From: an uncultured Phycisphaerales bacterium
GTDB taxonomy: Bacteria > Planctomycetota > Phycisphaerae > Tepidisphaerales > Tepidisphaeraceae
Length of the DNA: 64,000 bases
Assembly: GCA_963755915.1 (NCBI GenBank)
Contig: CAVWLP010000003.1
Location: 1,344,001 to 1,408,000, forward strand
Direction of reading: 5' to 3'
Shown: piece after piece, positions 10,610 through 20,715 of the stretch
Layout: every line of letters begins with the position of its first letter
How positions within the stretch are numbered: position 1 is the first letter of the stretch
The notes under the pieces: model-generated
Seen by the model: the letters and a program-made list of their open reading frames with translations, nothing else
The model's database searches: none
What the model was told of the DNA's origin: nothing
Program-made: the position numbers and the translations under genes

Positions 10610-10650
10610 CTTCGGAACCGAGGGTTGCAGGTTCGAGTCCTGCCGGGTGC
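10610..10650 (+). repeat. att site: duplicate of the tRNA-Arg 3' half
   Basis: CTTCGGAACCGAGGGTTGCAGGTTCGA(G/C)TCCTGCCGGGTGC matches 3200-3240. Confidence 0.95.
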
Positions 10651-10710
10651 GTTGAGTCCAAACCTTGCGGTCGAGCCTATTTCCAAGTCTCTTTGGCCCG
10701 AGATATGGCG

Positions 10711-11033
10711 TCAATGCCGGCTGCGTCCGCCGCCGCTGGCGGCGCCTTTGCCGCTGCGGCCATCGCCGAAGGCGCCGCTGCGGTTCTCGCGGGCTTTGGC
10801 CTCGCTTACTGTCAGTGTACGGCCGGCGTGCTCCTTGCCGTTGAGCGCGGCCGTGGCCGCCTGGGCCTCGACTTCGTTTTCCATTTCTACGAAGCCAAAA
10901 CCCTTGCTTTGGCCGGTGTCGCGATCGTCGATGATTTGCGCCTGTTCACGACTCCGTGTGCCGCGAATAATTGCTGCAAATCCGAGCTGCTGGTCTGGTA
11001 GTTCAGATTTCCGACATAGAGTTTTTTGCTCAT
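10711..11033 (-). CDS. RRM RNA-binding protein, copy 1 (1-nt frameshift near 10942)
   Basis: KKLYVGNL (RNP2), then KGFGFVEM (RNP1) in another frame, Gly-rich tail. Confidence 0.88.
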
Positions 11034-11298
11034 AAATTTGCCTTCTTTCAAATCCCGTTTGCCGGCGGCCAACGTCGAGCTATGATCGTTGCATGGCCAA
11101 AGACGTCGATCGGTTGCAGGCGAAGGTGGTTATTACGGAACTGCGTAAGAGTGCCGGTCGATTGGTGGCGCGCTCCCGGCAACTGGCTGAAGAAGCTCTC
11201 CAGTTGAAACAGCGAGCCGATGATTTGGAGCAATTGGTTAAGCAACACGATAATCGTAAAAAGTAATTTCTGCCGTCATTCCTGGATCGTCTTCCAGC

Positions 11299-11568
11299 TC
11301 AATACTTCGAAAACGAATGATGCCGAAGCGAATGCCAGGCGATTAGCACGGCGATTGCCGCGAAACCGGCGAACATAAGGGCGTGGCCGTTGAAACCAGT
11401 TACTTCAGCTCCGCTGAAAAGGCTATAGAGCCAGCCGCCGACCAGTCCGGCTCCGCCGGCCATTGCAATGCCCATCTTGGGATCGTCATCTTTAATATTA
11501 AGAGATTTGCTGGCGATGAACCCGAAGATGAGACCCAAAACAATCCAGCCCATGGTTCCGAGAAACAT
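11299..11568 (-). CDS. GlsB/YeaQ/YmgE-family small membrane stress protein
   Basis: Three Gly-rich TM helices (WIVLGLIFGFIAS...GAGLVGGWL). Confidence 0.8.
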   Translation of the reverse strand: MFLGTMGWIVLGLIFGFIASKSLNIKDDDPKMGIAMAGGAGLVGGWLYSLFSGAEVTGFNGHALMFAGFAAIAVLIAWHSLRHHSFSKY

Positions 11569-11970
11569 GTTGCGCTCCTAGTGAGGGACAAGGACGTTTA
11601 GAAACGGTCCGAAGGCGCGAAGTCGAAGAAGAGCCCGCGCCAAACGGCAATCGGGCAACCGATTCACCAGTTCAAATGTGAAGGGGCGGCAGGAGTGTCG
11701 TGTTGGGTCAGTCTACAAAGCGCGCCATGACAACGCCACCCTAAAGTCTCGGGATTGGCGCAAAAGAGCGATAATTCCGGGGAGGTATTGGACATGGCGC
11801 ATTTATCCGATATACTCCCTGTACAACATCCTGTCTCGATCCCTCTCAGAATCTCACCTTAACGGTATAGACACTGGACGTAACGAGCTCGGTTGTAGCG
11901 CACTGACTGGTCCTTATTTCGGCGTCTGCCGTTGACCCTTTGGTACGCACGTTTACCAAAGGATATTTCC

Positions 11971-13338
11971 TTGAGTTTTAGTGAATTGTCATTGTCGGCG
12001 CCGATTCTTCGCGCCGTTGTTTCAGAAGGATACACGATTGCCACGCCGGTACAGGCGCAGGCGATTCCACACGCGCTGCGCGGGCGGGACGTTTTGGGTT
12101 GTGCCCAGACGGGCACGGGAAAGACGGCGGCGTTTGCGCTGCCGATTTTGCATCGGCTGTCGAGCGTTGCCCAAGGCGGCGGCGTGGCACGGCCGCGATG
12201 TCTGGTGCTTTGTCCGACGCGCGAACTGGCTACGCAGATTGGCGACAGTTTTCGCGTTTACGGGAAGCATGTGGGGCTTAAATATGCCGTCGTTTACGGC
12301 GGCGTGGGCGTTGGGCCGCAGGCGGAGATGCTTCGGCGGGGAGTGGATATTCTGGTCGCGACGCCGGGACGGCTGCTCGACCTGCTCGGACAGCGATTAG
12401 CGGATTTGCGCAGCGTCGAGATTCTCGTGCTGGATGAAGCCGATCGAATGCTGGACATGGGGTTCATCCGCGATATTCGAAAAATTATTGCCGGTTTACC
12501 GGCTCGGAAGCAGACGATGCTTTTTTCGGCGACGATGCCGCCGGAGATTCGGCAGTTGTCGGGTTCGATTTTGCGGGATCCGGCGACGGTACAGCTCTCC
12601 CCGGCCTCGTCCACGGCGGAGCGGATCGATCAGTCGGTTTATTTCGTCGATCGAGCCACAAAGCCCGGGCTGCTGGCGCAACTGGTGAACGATTTGCCGA
12701 TTTCCAGGGCGATCGTTTTCACGCGTACCAAGCACGGCGCGGATCGGCTGGTTCGCCGGCTGCACGAAATGGGAATCGCCTCCGAGGCGTTTCATGGCAA
12801 CAAGAGCCAGAACCAGCGGCAGCGGGCGCTGCAGAATTTCCGCAAGGGCAAAACGAGTCTCCTCATCGCTACGGATGTCGCCTCGCGCGGAATCGACGTG
12901 GATGGGATCACGCACATTGTGAATTATGATCTGACCCACGAGCCGGAAACTTATGTTCACCGCATCGGCAGAACCGCCCGCGCAGGCGCCAGCGGTACGG
13001 CGATCTCGTTTTGCGATGCCGAGGAAATGCCGAATCTGAAGGCAATTGAAAAGCTCCTTCGATGCCAGATTCCGGTTAAGACGGCGAAGGGAGTGGTGCA
13101 GAGGCCGGCGCAAAAGCACGCGCAAAGACCCATGCCTCAAGTTCAACAGGCGACTCGAATGGAAAGCCCGAATATCGAGCCTCAGCCGAAGCGTCATCAG
13201 CATGCCCCGCATCCGGCGGCGACGAATCCGCGGCATCCGGGCCAATCGCGGCGGGGGCATTTCCGGGGGAATAATTCTGGGGGGAATCATTCTCGTGGAA
13301 GCCATCCCCATGGGCGAAGGCTGATTCCGGCCTTTTGA
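11971..13338 (+). CDS. rhlE: DEAD-box RNA helicase (RhlE-like)
   Basis: Q motif, AQTGTGKT, PTRELA, TPGRL, DEAD, SAT, HRIGRTAR; basic C-tail; TTG start after AAAGGA. Confidence 0.92.
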   Translation: MSFSELSLSAPILRAVVSEGYTIATPVQAQAIPHALRGRDVLGCAQTGTGKTAAFALPILHRLSSVAQGGGVARPRCLVLCPTRELATQIGDSFRVYGKHVGLKYAVVYGGVGVGPQAEMLRRGVDILVATPGRLLDLLGQRLADLRSVEILVLDEADRMLDMGFIRDIRKIIAGLPARKQTMLFSATMPPEIRQLSGSILRDPATVQLSPASSTAERIDQSVYFVDRATKPGLLAQLVNDLPISRAIVFTRTKHGADRLVRRLHEMGIASEAFHGNKSQNQRQRALQNFRKGKTSLLIATDVASRGIDVDGITHIVNYDLTHEPETYVHRIGRTARAGASGTAISFCDAEEMPNLKAIEKLLRCQIPVKTAKGVVQRPAQKHAQRPMPQVQQATRMESPNIEPQPKRHQHAPHPAATNPRHPGQSRRGHFRGNNSGGNHSRGSHPHGRRLIPAF

Positions 13339-13386
13339 CCGGCCCAAGATGTCCCGCGCGCTGGTATGATGGCGCGGGACAACTTG

Positions 13387-14859
13387 ATGCTGATAGAATC
13401 CCTGTTCCTTCACGCCCAGCGTCAACCGGAGGCCTTGGCCATCATCGATGACCAGGGCGAATGCAGCTACAGACAACTTGCGGTGATGGCGGCGGGATTC
13501 GCGAAATATATTTCATCGCAGACGGATCTTCCGCGCGTCGGGTTGCTACTGCCGTCGGGAAGGGGATTCGTCGCCAGTTTTTATGGAACGCTTCTGGCCG
13601 GCAAGGCGGTGGTTCCGATCAATTTTTTGCTGGGCGGGGCTGAAATCGGGCACTGCATTCGGGACAGCGGGATCGACACTGTGGTGACGATTCCACAGCT
13701 TGCCGGTGCGGTGAAAAAGACGGGATTGAAGATTATCGATCTGACGCGGCTTCCACCGGCACCTGCGCCGACCGCGGGGGCAGAGCTGCCACCCTTTCCA
13801 TCCACGGACACGGACGCCATGGCAGTGCTGATGTACACGAGCGGTACCAGCGGATTGCCCAAAGGTGTGCCGCTGACTTTCGGCAACCTTCAGAGCGACG
13901 TGGATGCGGCCATCGCTTACATGGATTTCCAGACCCGGCACAAATTCCTGGGGATCATCCCGCTGTTTCACGTCTTCGGAATGATCGCGATGATGCTGGC
14001 GCCGATCCAACTAGGAGCGACGGCGGTTTATATGGCGCGATTCAGTCCGCTCGGCGCGGTGAAGGCAATCAAAGAGCATGGGATATCGCTCGTGCTGGGC
14101 GTGCCGAGCATGTTCGCGGCGATGGCCCGGCTCAAAGAGGCCTCGGCTGACGATTTCAAGACGATCTTCGCGATGATCAGCGGGGGTGAGCCGTTGCCGG
14201 CGGCTCTTTATGAAGCGTTTCGATCCCGGTTTGGCGTGACTTTGCATGAAGCCTACGGGATGACGGAGACGAGCCTGGCGATTTCCGTCAACACGCCACA
14301 GCATCAAAAGCGGGGCAGTGTGGGCAAGACGATTCCGGGCATGGAAGTCGCGTTTCTGGATGATGAAGGGAAGGCTGTGCCTCCGGGAGAGCCGGGCGAA
14401 ATCTGTGTGAAGGGCCCGATGGTGATGAAGGGGTATTTTAATCTTCCTGGTGAAAACGCCGCGTCGTTCACCCCGGATGGATATTTCAAGACGGGCGATA
14501 TTGGGGTGCTCGACGCCGAGGGGTTTCTTCACATCACCGGACGCAGAAAGGATTTGATCATAATCGCCGGCGAGAAGGCGGCTCCGACCGAGATCGAGCA
14601 GATTCTGATGGCTCATCCCGGCGTGGCGGAGGCCGCGGTGGTGGGAAAGAAGGATGCGAGCCGGGGGGAAGTCGTGCTGGCTTTCATTATTCCGCGGGAA
14701 GGAAGCACTCCAACCCTGGAAGACCTTCGCGAATTTTGCCGCCGGCAGGGCCTAGCGCAGTGGAAGGCGCCGCGGGAAATGCGGATTGTGAAGGATTTTC
14801 CTCGTTCTCCGACGGGCAAAGTGCTTAAGCGGGTATTGGCCCTGGGCGTGCGGGATTGA
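13387..14859 (+). CDS. AMP-binding enzyme, long-chain fatty acid--CoA ligase-like
   Basis: YTSGTSGLPKG, YGMTE, TGD, GRRKDLI, PRSPTGK. Confidence 0.88.
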   Translation: MLIESLFLHAQRQPEALAIIDDQGECSYRQLAVMAAGFAKYISSQTDLPRVGLLLPSGRGFVASFYGTLLAGKAVVPINFLLGGAEIGHCIRDSGIDTVVTIPQLAGAVKKTGLKIIDLTRLPPAPAPTAGAELPPFPSTDTDAMAVLMYTSGTSGLPKGVPLTFGNLQSDVDAAIAYMDFQTRHKFLGIIPLFHVFGMIAMMLAPIQLGATAVYMARFSPLGAVKAIKEHGISLVLGVPSMFAAMARLKEASADDFKTIFAMISGGEPLPAALYEAFRSRFGVTLHEAYGMTETSLAISVNTPQHQKRGSVGKTIPGMEVAFLDDEGKAVPPGEPGEICVKGPMVMKGYFNLPGENAASFTPDGYFKTGDIGVLDAEGFLHITGRRKDLIIIAGEKAAPTEIEQILMAHPGVAEAAVVGKKDASRGEVVLAFIIPREGSTPTLEDLREFCRRQGLAQWKAPREMRIVKDFPRSPTGKVLKRVLALGVRD

Positions 14860-14886
14860 TTTGGGTTATCGCGCGGGGCAACGAGG

Positions 14887-15267
14887 TCATCGTTTTTTTG
14901 TCTCGCGGAAAACGGATGCCGAGGCCAGGGTGAACAAGATCACCTCTTCGCCGGTAATGGTGCTGATATCGTGATGAAGGCTTATGACCTTTATGCCGGT
15001 GACGTCCTGGATCATAGCTTCCATGCGCGGCCTGGCGGTTTCAACCAGATGCGTTCGCACCTGCTTGAGAAGGTCTCTTCCCTTCTCTGCGGGTAATGTC
15101 TTGACCAGTTGCTGTTCGGCCGCGGTTAGAACGCCCTTGAGACGAACGACAAGCAGATCATCGATTAGATGAGCCCGGATCTCCTTGGGTCCGCGTCCCA
15201 TGTACTGCTGTTCAAACTGGCCCAATCCCTCGCAAACCAGGGCTTCGATTTCTCCTTTGGTCATCAT
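14887..15267 (-). CDS. DUF2294 / MpsC-family protein
   Basis: GRGPKEIR...LKGVLTAAEQQL...GRDLLKQVR...LHHDIST.TGEE pattern typical of DUF2294. Confidence 0.85.
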   Translation of the reverse strand: MMTKGEIEALVCEGLGQFEQQYMGRGPKEIRAHLIDDLLVVRLKGVLTAAEQQLVKTLPAEKGRDLLKQVRTHLVETARPRMEAMIQDVTGIKVISLHHDISTITGEEVILFTLASASVFRETKKR

Positions 15268-15656
15268 CGCCAAACGTCGCCGGCGAAGCGACGCCTCCGT
15301 TCAACGCGGTGTTTGGCTTGTATTATACCTCCGGTCGGATCAATTCTCATTTACGTTGCAAGGTGTTGCGAGGCGGCCGCGGAGGTTGAAACGACGACTG
15401 GGCCGGTGGTGCAGGTTTTCACCACGGGTACGATAGTGCAGGTTTTTCAACTTGCGCGGGGCATCTCCAAAACAGCGTGGAATAAAATTCCAGGCCGGAA
15501 AAAAAACTGAGCAGCGCCGTTGTTCTGCGCCTACATTCGTGTTACGATTCTTTAGCTTCGAGGCCCAGCAGCGGGCTCGAGGATAGGCCTAAAATCGAAT
15601 CGCCGGACGACAAGATGATGGGCAACCTGGCACTGCCAGGAGGCCAACCAATAAGT

Positions 15657-15709
15657 AAGCCGACGTAAACGAAAGCCAATGGGGGGGCTTCGTTTACGTC
15701 GGCTTTTTT
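15657..15709 (+). terminator. Intrinsic terminator in the 5' leader of the acyl-ACP desaturase gene
   Basis: AAGCCGACGTAAACGAA(A)GCC...GGCTTCGTTTACGTCGGCTT followed by a T-run, ~45 nt before the ATG. Confidence 0.8.
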
Positions 15710-15752
15710 GTTGGCTACACGCGCCCGACCCGGCGCGGCAAAGGAAGAGGAG

Positions 15753-16745
15753 ATGACGGTAGAATCGCCCGCCCAAATTCAGATCGAAATGCTCCGAGGC
15801 CTCAAGAGTGAGGTGGCGGACAATTTGCTCCTCTCGCCGATCGATGAGGCCTGGCAGCCGAGCGATTACCTTCCCGATCTGAGCGCGGACGATTGGGTCA
15901 TTCAGGTGCAACAATTCAAAGACCATGCGAAAGATTTGGATGACGAACTTCTCGTCGTTCTGGTCGCGGACATGGTCACCGAGGAAGCGCTGCCCAGCTA
16001 TTCGATAGCGCTGAACCTCCTGGCGGAAGATCCTACCGGCACCAGCGACTGCCCCTGGGCCCGATGGATGCGGGGATGGACGGCGGAGGAAAATCGGCAT
16101 GGAGACCTGCTCAATGCCTACCTCCGGCTCACCGGACGGGTCGACATGCGGGCGGTGGAAGTCACCATTCACCATTTGCTGAACAATGGGTTCAATCCCC
16201 AGGCGTATCCCGATCTCTATGGCGGCCTGGTTTACACGGCGTTTCAGGAACGCGCCACGAAGCTGTCCCATGCGAATGTGGCCCGCCTGGCTGAAGCGCG
16301 GGGTGACGCCAATTTGAGTCGGATTTGCCTCAAAATCGCCGGCGACGAAGCACGGCATGAGGCGTTCTACACCCGAATCATGTCACGGGTGATGGACGAA
16401 GACCCGGAGGGGGGGCTGTTGACGTTTCGCAGCATGATGCGGCGAATCATCGCCATGCCGGGACGACTGATGTTTGACGGAAAAGACCCATCTCTTTTCG
16501 ACCATTTTGCGTCGGTCGCGCAGCGCACCCGCATCTACACGATCCGAGATTATGCGGCGATCGCCGACCATCTCCTCAAGACCTGGCGGGTGGCGGACCG
16601 CTGCGTCTCCGGAAAGGCGGCCCGCGCCCAGGAATATCTGTGCGGATTGCCTCGCCAATACGAGGAAATGGCCCAAAAAATCGAGCGAAAACTGGAGGCA
16701 GAGCCGCGCTACCCCTTCAGTTGGATCTATGATCGGGTTGCTTAA
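15753..16745 (+). CDS. Soluble acyl-ACP desaturase (diiron, DesA1/stearoyl-ACP type)
   Basis: WQPSDYLP, TEEALPSY, WTAEENRHG, FQERAT, DEARHE diiron motifs; GAGGAG RBS. Confidence 0.93.
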   Translation: MTVESPAQIQIEMLRGLKSEVADNLLLSPIDEAWQPSDYLPDLSADDWVIQVQQFKDHAKDLDDELLVVLVADMVTEEALPSYSIALNLLAEDPTGTSDCPWARWMRGWTAEENRHGDLLNAYLRLTGRVDMRAVEVTIHHLLNNGFNPQAYPDLYGGLVYTAFQERATKLSHANVARLAEARGDANLSRICLKIAGDEARHEAFYTRIMSRVMDEDPEGGLLTFRSMMRRIIAMPGRLMFDGKDPSLFDHFASVAQRTRIYTIRDYAAIADHLLKTWRVADRCVSGKAARAQEYLCGLPRQYEEMAQKIERKLEAEPRYPFSWIYDRVA

Positions 16746-17020
16746 CCCGAATGAACAGTATATGAGATTCCATCGGCAAGCTGAACGTCAAAATGGTGGG
16801 CGCGTAAGCCTATTTGCGCCGATACAATATTCGTTGGCAGCATGAATCTCATAGATGTTGACAATAATTTAACGGGCTTGCGAGTGCCCACGGTTGTTTT
16901 GGGCCGTCAGGACGCATATAATCGTGCCAGGACATCCGTTAACAAGTAGCGTTTTGCGACCCTTCTTTTGGCCCACACTACTCCGCCTGCCCTGCCGAAT
17001 TACTTTGTGAGGAAGATTCG

Positions 17021-18196
17021 ATGAACCAGGTACCTTCCGACACCATCCAACTTGCGATTCCAGGCAGCGCTCCCGCGTCCAAAGCAGATGCCGCCAAAGT
17101 CAAATTCACCGGCAGCGATCGATTTATCCGCGAATTGCGGCGTCGAGTCGACGCCTATTTCGAACGAACCGGACATTCCCGCCGCGATTGCCCGCAGATG
17201 TACTTCAAGACGGCGACGATCCTGGCCTGGTTTTTTGGCTCTTACCTGCTGCTTCTGTTTTTCGCCTCAAGCTGGTGGACGGTGCTTCCGCTGACGGTGA
17301 TCCTGGGATTGTCGATCGCCGCCATTGGTTTCAATATTCAGCATGACGGCGGTCACAGGGCCTATTCCAATCGGCAATGGGTTAACAAGATCATGGCGCT
17401 GACCCTGGACATGATGGGCGGCAGCTCCTACCTGTGGGATTGGAAGCACAACTCGATTCACCATACCTATCCCAACATCGAGGGACAGGATGATGATATC
17501 AACCTCGGTTTTCTGGGAAGACTTTCGCCGCAACAGCCACGGCTGAAAATCCACCGCCTTCAGGGAATTTACCTCTGGTTCCTCTACGGTTTCATGGCAA
17601 TCAAGTGGCACTTGATCGACGATTTCTACCAGGTCTCCCGAGGACGCATTGGCACGCACAAAATTCCACGACCCAAAGGCAAGGACCTGGTCATTTTCAT
17701 CGGCGGCAAAGTTGTATTCGCCTCATTGGCATTCGTTATTCCGATGCTGCTGCACCGGTGGTATGACGTCTTGTTCGTGTATGTCGGAGCCGCCTTTGTC
17801 AGCGGTGTCGTGCTGAGCGTCGTGTTTCAGTTGGCCCATTGTGTCGGGGAAGCTGACTTCCCGATACCCATCCACGATGCCGAAGGCAAAGAGCGAATGG
17901 AAACCGACTGGGCCGTGCACCAGGTGCAGACCACCGTCGATTTCGCCAGGAGCAACCCAATCCTTTGCTGGTTCCTTGGCGGCCTGAATTTCCAGATCGA
18001 GCATCACCTCTTCCACAAGATTTGCCACGTGCACTATCCGGCGCTGTCGAAGCTGGTCGAGGAAGCGTGCAACGAATTCGGCCTGAAGTATGCGGAACAC
18101 AAAACAATGTTCTCCGCGGTAGGCTCGCATTTCAGATGGCTTGTGGAAATGGGGCGCCCGCCGGTTGCTTTGGCGGATCCGATGCCCCAACCATGA
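17021..18196 (+). CDS. Membrane-bound acyl-CoA/fatty acid desaturase
   Basis: His boxes HDGGH, HNSIHH, QIEHH. Confidence 0.93.
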   Translation: MNQVPSDTIQLAIPGSAPASKADAAKVKFTGSDRFIRELRRRVDAYFERTGHSRRDCPQMYFKTATILAWFFGSYLLLLFFASSWWTVLPLTVILGLSIAAIGFNIQHDGGHRAYSNRQWVNKIMALTLDMMGGSSYLWDWKHNSIHHTYPNIEGQDDDINLGFLGRLSPQQPRLKIHRLQGIYLWFLYGFMAIKWHLIDDFYQVSRGRIGTHKIPRPKGKDLVIFIGGKVVFASLAFVIPMLLHRWYDVLFVYVGAAFVSGVVLSVVFQLAHCVGEADFPIPIHDAEGKERMETDWAVHQVQTTVDFARSNPILCWFLGGLNFQIEHHLFHKICHVHYPALSKLVEEACNEFGLKYAEHKTMFSAVGSHFRWLVEMGRPPVALADPMPQP

Positions 18197-18209
18197 TTGA
18201 TGCCGACCG

Positions 18210-20012
18210 TTAAGTCGGCTCATCTACGCCCGACATCATGGCCCGTTGCAACAGGAAATCCCACTGTGCGTTCGTCGTCCTGGGGATCGCCACCACGCGC
18301 TCGATCAAGACGCGGCTTGAAGCGCTGAGATGGTCGGAAGACGCCATTGCGAGCGCCGAACTGCTCAGGTCGTTGACCAGCAGATGAAAGATCACCGAAA
18401 CGATCTCCAGCGGCACGCCGGAATAAACAGCATTTTCCGCGACCAATTGCCCATACGCGATCGTCGCCATGCCTTGTCCCAACGCAATGGCCGTCTGCGC
18501 ATTCGCCTCCGGTCTACGGGATTGGCTTCGCGCAAATAATCGAAACGCCTTGGCCTGCCGGGCGAAAATGCGCACGTTCGATACCGATTTCAGCGGCCGA
18601 TACGCCTCCAGACAGCGGCGAAACCTGATCGAATTGATTTGCCCGCTTCGGGCCCCCATCAGATAAATATTTTCCGAACCGGTCCCATGTCCCCGGTTGA
18701 ATTCAAGAACCGGCAGATTGAGATCGGCGTCATTAAAATATCCAGCTATGAACTGCGCCGTCAGTTCCAGGTTGATGTGTACGCTGCCTTCCAGGCTTGG
18801 AATCAACTGCACGTCCCGCAACGCCATTTCGAAATAGGTGTCCGATTCAAACGCCTTGGCGCCCATGCATTCGCTGAGCAGAGAAATGACCTTGACGCCT
18901 TCGGTGCTCACCCGCGCCTTCTGAACGGCGCAAAAGAGCAGATACCGCCGATCATCCGCGTTCGCGGCTTGCACGTAATCGAGCGCACGGTAGGCGTATA
19001 ATTTCATCGCCGTCAGGCGCGCATAGGCCTGCCCCACCGCCGATCCAATATGCGGCATATCGATGACGGGTTTGCCGTAGAGCACACGCCGGGTCAGATG
19101 CGCCAGTGCTTCTTCAAACGCGCGCTCGCAGATGCCGATCGAGCCGAAGCCAAGAAAGAATTTTCCTAGGGTGACGGTGCCGAGCACCGCGTCCCAGGCC
19201 TCCCTTCCCTGGGCGATCAGATCGGCTTCGGGAAGCTGGTGATCTTTGACCTCAAATTCCCCGACGAACGCCGAGCGTATGCCCAGCGTCTCGATTTTCC
19301 GCGCTCGTCCGAATCCCTTCGACTGCGCCGGCCGCAGGGCGAAGAGAATCGGCGTGGCCCGCCGGGCGCGATTTGCATGCCGATCATCCGCTTTTCGCGC
19401 CAGGATGGAGATGATCGAAGCGCAATTCGCATTGCCGATGTAATATTTCGATCCGCCGGCGATCAGACGTCCCGGCTCGCCAGCGGCAACGGTGAATTCG
19501 CTCGCCAGCAAATCCGAACCATGCTCTTTCTCGGAGATACCGAATGCGAATAACGCCCCTTTTTCCAGGGCCGCGACAGCCTCACGCTTCAAGGCGTCAT
19601 TCGATCCCATCAGGATCGCGAAGAGACCCAGAAACGTCACCTGCAGACTGTACCCATGCGCGGGGCTGAAGTAGGCGAAAACTTCCAGGAAGCGGGTGAG
19701 CCTGGGCACGTCGAATTCGTTCCCAGTCGTGGAATATTTTTTTGGCGAGAGGAGTGAGGCGTAGAGTCCGTGAGCTTTCTGGAAGGCGATCCAATCTTCA
19801 TACCACTGCCGGCTCTGGTCCTCGTCTTTAAGAGCCCGCAGCCCCTTGTTCTCGAAGAACTCCACCAGCTTTTGCAGCGAGGGATCGCGAAAAAAAATAT
19901 TGGCGGCACTGGATCGCCGCCGGGTGGAAAAGATCAGTGGATAGATCGCATCGCGGATGGCGGCGGTGGATTCACCGTGAGCTGGGCCGCCAGGCTCGAT
20001 GGGCTTATCCAT
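18210..20012 (-). CDS. Acyl-CoA dehydrogenase family protein
   Basis: FGISEKEHGSD, GSKYYIGNA, RVLYGKPV, EGSVHIN motifs. Confidence 0.88.
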   Translation of the reverse strand: MDKPIEPGGPAHGESTAAIRDAIYPLIFSTRRRSSAANIFFRDPSLQKLVEFFENKGLRALKDEDQSRQWYEDWIAFQKAHGLYASLLSPKKYSTTGNEFDVPRLTRFLEVFAYFSPAHGYSLQVTFLGLFAILMGSNDALKREAVAALEKGALFAFGISEKEHGSDLLASEFTVAAGEPGRLIAGGSKYYIGNANCASIISILARKADDRHANRARRATPILFALRPAQSKGFGRARKIETLGIRSAFVGEFEVKDHQLPEADLIAQGREAWDAVLGTVTLGKFFLGFGSIGICERAFEEALAHLTRRVLYGKPVIDMPHIGSAVGQAYARLTAMKLYAYRALDYVQAANADDRRYLLFCAVQKARVSTEGVKVISLLSECMGAKAFESDTYFEMALRDVQLIPSLEGSVHINLELTAQFIAGYFNDADLNLPVLEFNRGHGTGSENIYLMGARSGQINSIRFRRCLEAYRPLKSVSNVRIFARQAKAFRLFARSQSRRPEANAQTAIALGQGMATIAYGQLVAENAVYSGVPLEIVSVIFHLLVNDLSSSALAMASSDHLSASSRVLIERVVAIPRTTNAQWDFLLQRAMMSGVDEPT

Positions 20013-20217
20013 GGCTCGTCAAGGCAGAACGCCTTCGGGACGGAGTTCGCCGCTGCGTCTGGTCGCGGCTATAGAGCGATACCGGCAAACCCCGGTTGAT
20101 CGTCGAAAGCCGGGGCTTGACGCCGGTTGTTAAATCACGACCCAGCGTGACCCAATCTTCCACGGTTCGAAGACCGCTCTCTGCGTACATTCTCAAAACT
20201 TTATCTGACTGATACAT
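20005..20217 (-). CDS. Small hypothetical protein
   Basis: 70-aa ORF with AAGGAG RBS; stop overlaps the acyl-CoA dehydrogenase start. Confidence 0.6.
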   Translation of the reverse strand: MYQSDKVLRMYAESGLRTVEDWVTLGRDLTTGVKPRLSTINRGLPVSLYSRDQTQRRTPSRRRSALTSHG

Positions 20218-20270
20218 GACTGTCTCCTTCAATCGCTTTGAATACAACCATGGGCGGGAACACTATTTTC

Positions 20271-20620
20271 TCACGCCTCGCGGACAAGATTTCTTCGATG
20301 CGCGCCAACCGGACCGATTTCTTTGAGCGTGAGTTCACCGGCGTTCATCGTTGCGCTCAGGAAGCAGCTCTTGCGCACGATATCCACAATGATGCCCGTC
20401 CAGGCATAGTCCAGGTACTGCTGCGCACGGCGGCGCGAGACCACCAGTTACATCGATAGTAATTCCCGAATACACGCACGCATTTCACGAAATCCAGCGG
20501 CTCCCGTGCCACCGTCCGCTCGATTTCCCGCGACAGGTCCTTCTCTGATGGATTTTCCTGGCTCGTCGATTCGGCAGTCCTGCGGGCAGGCTGCTCTTGA
20601 GCTGATTGTTCATCCATCAT
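20271..20620 (-). CDS. Hypothetical protein (frameshift near 20400)
   Basis: AAGGAG RBS; VKCVRVFGNYYRCNWW, then continues in another frame (IVRKSCFLSATMNAGELTLKE) to a stop at 20271. Confidence 0.6.
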
Positions 20621-20715
20621 GCACTCCTTCGCGGAATAATTTGAAATGTTTCAATACCTCGCTTCGGCAACCCCTAGAGTTTAGCGCAACTGGCCTGATA
20701 CAGCACAAAAGGAAG

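Larger units (their letters stand above)
3200..10650. mobile_element. Degenerate tRNA-integrated element (ICE/IME remnant)
   Basis: The tRNA 3' half (3200-3240) is repeated at 10610-10650 with 1 mismatch. Integrase next to the tRNA, ardC inside, and matching tandem CGTACTAAAC motifs near both ends. Confidence 0.9.

Noticed and set aside
10610-10650. Second tRNA gene
   Set aside because: Only the 3' half is present (no acceptor 5' strand or D-arm); it is the att duplicate.
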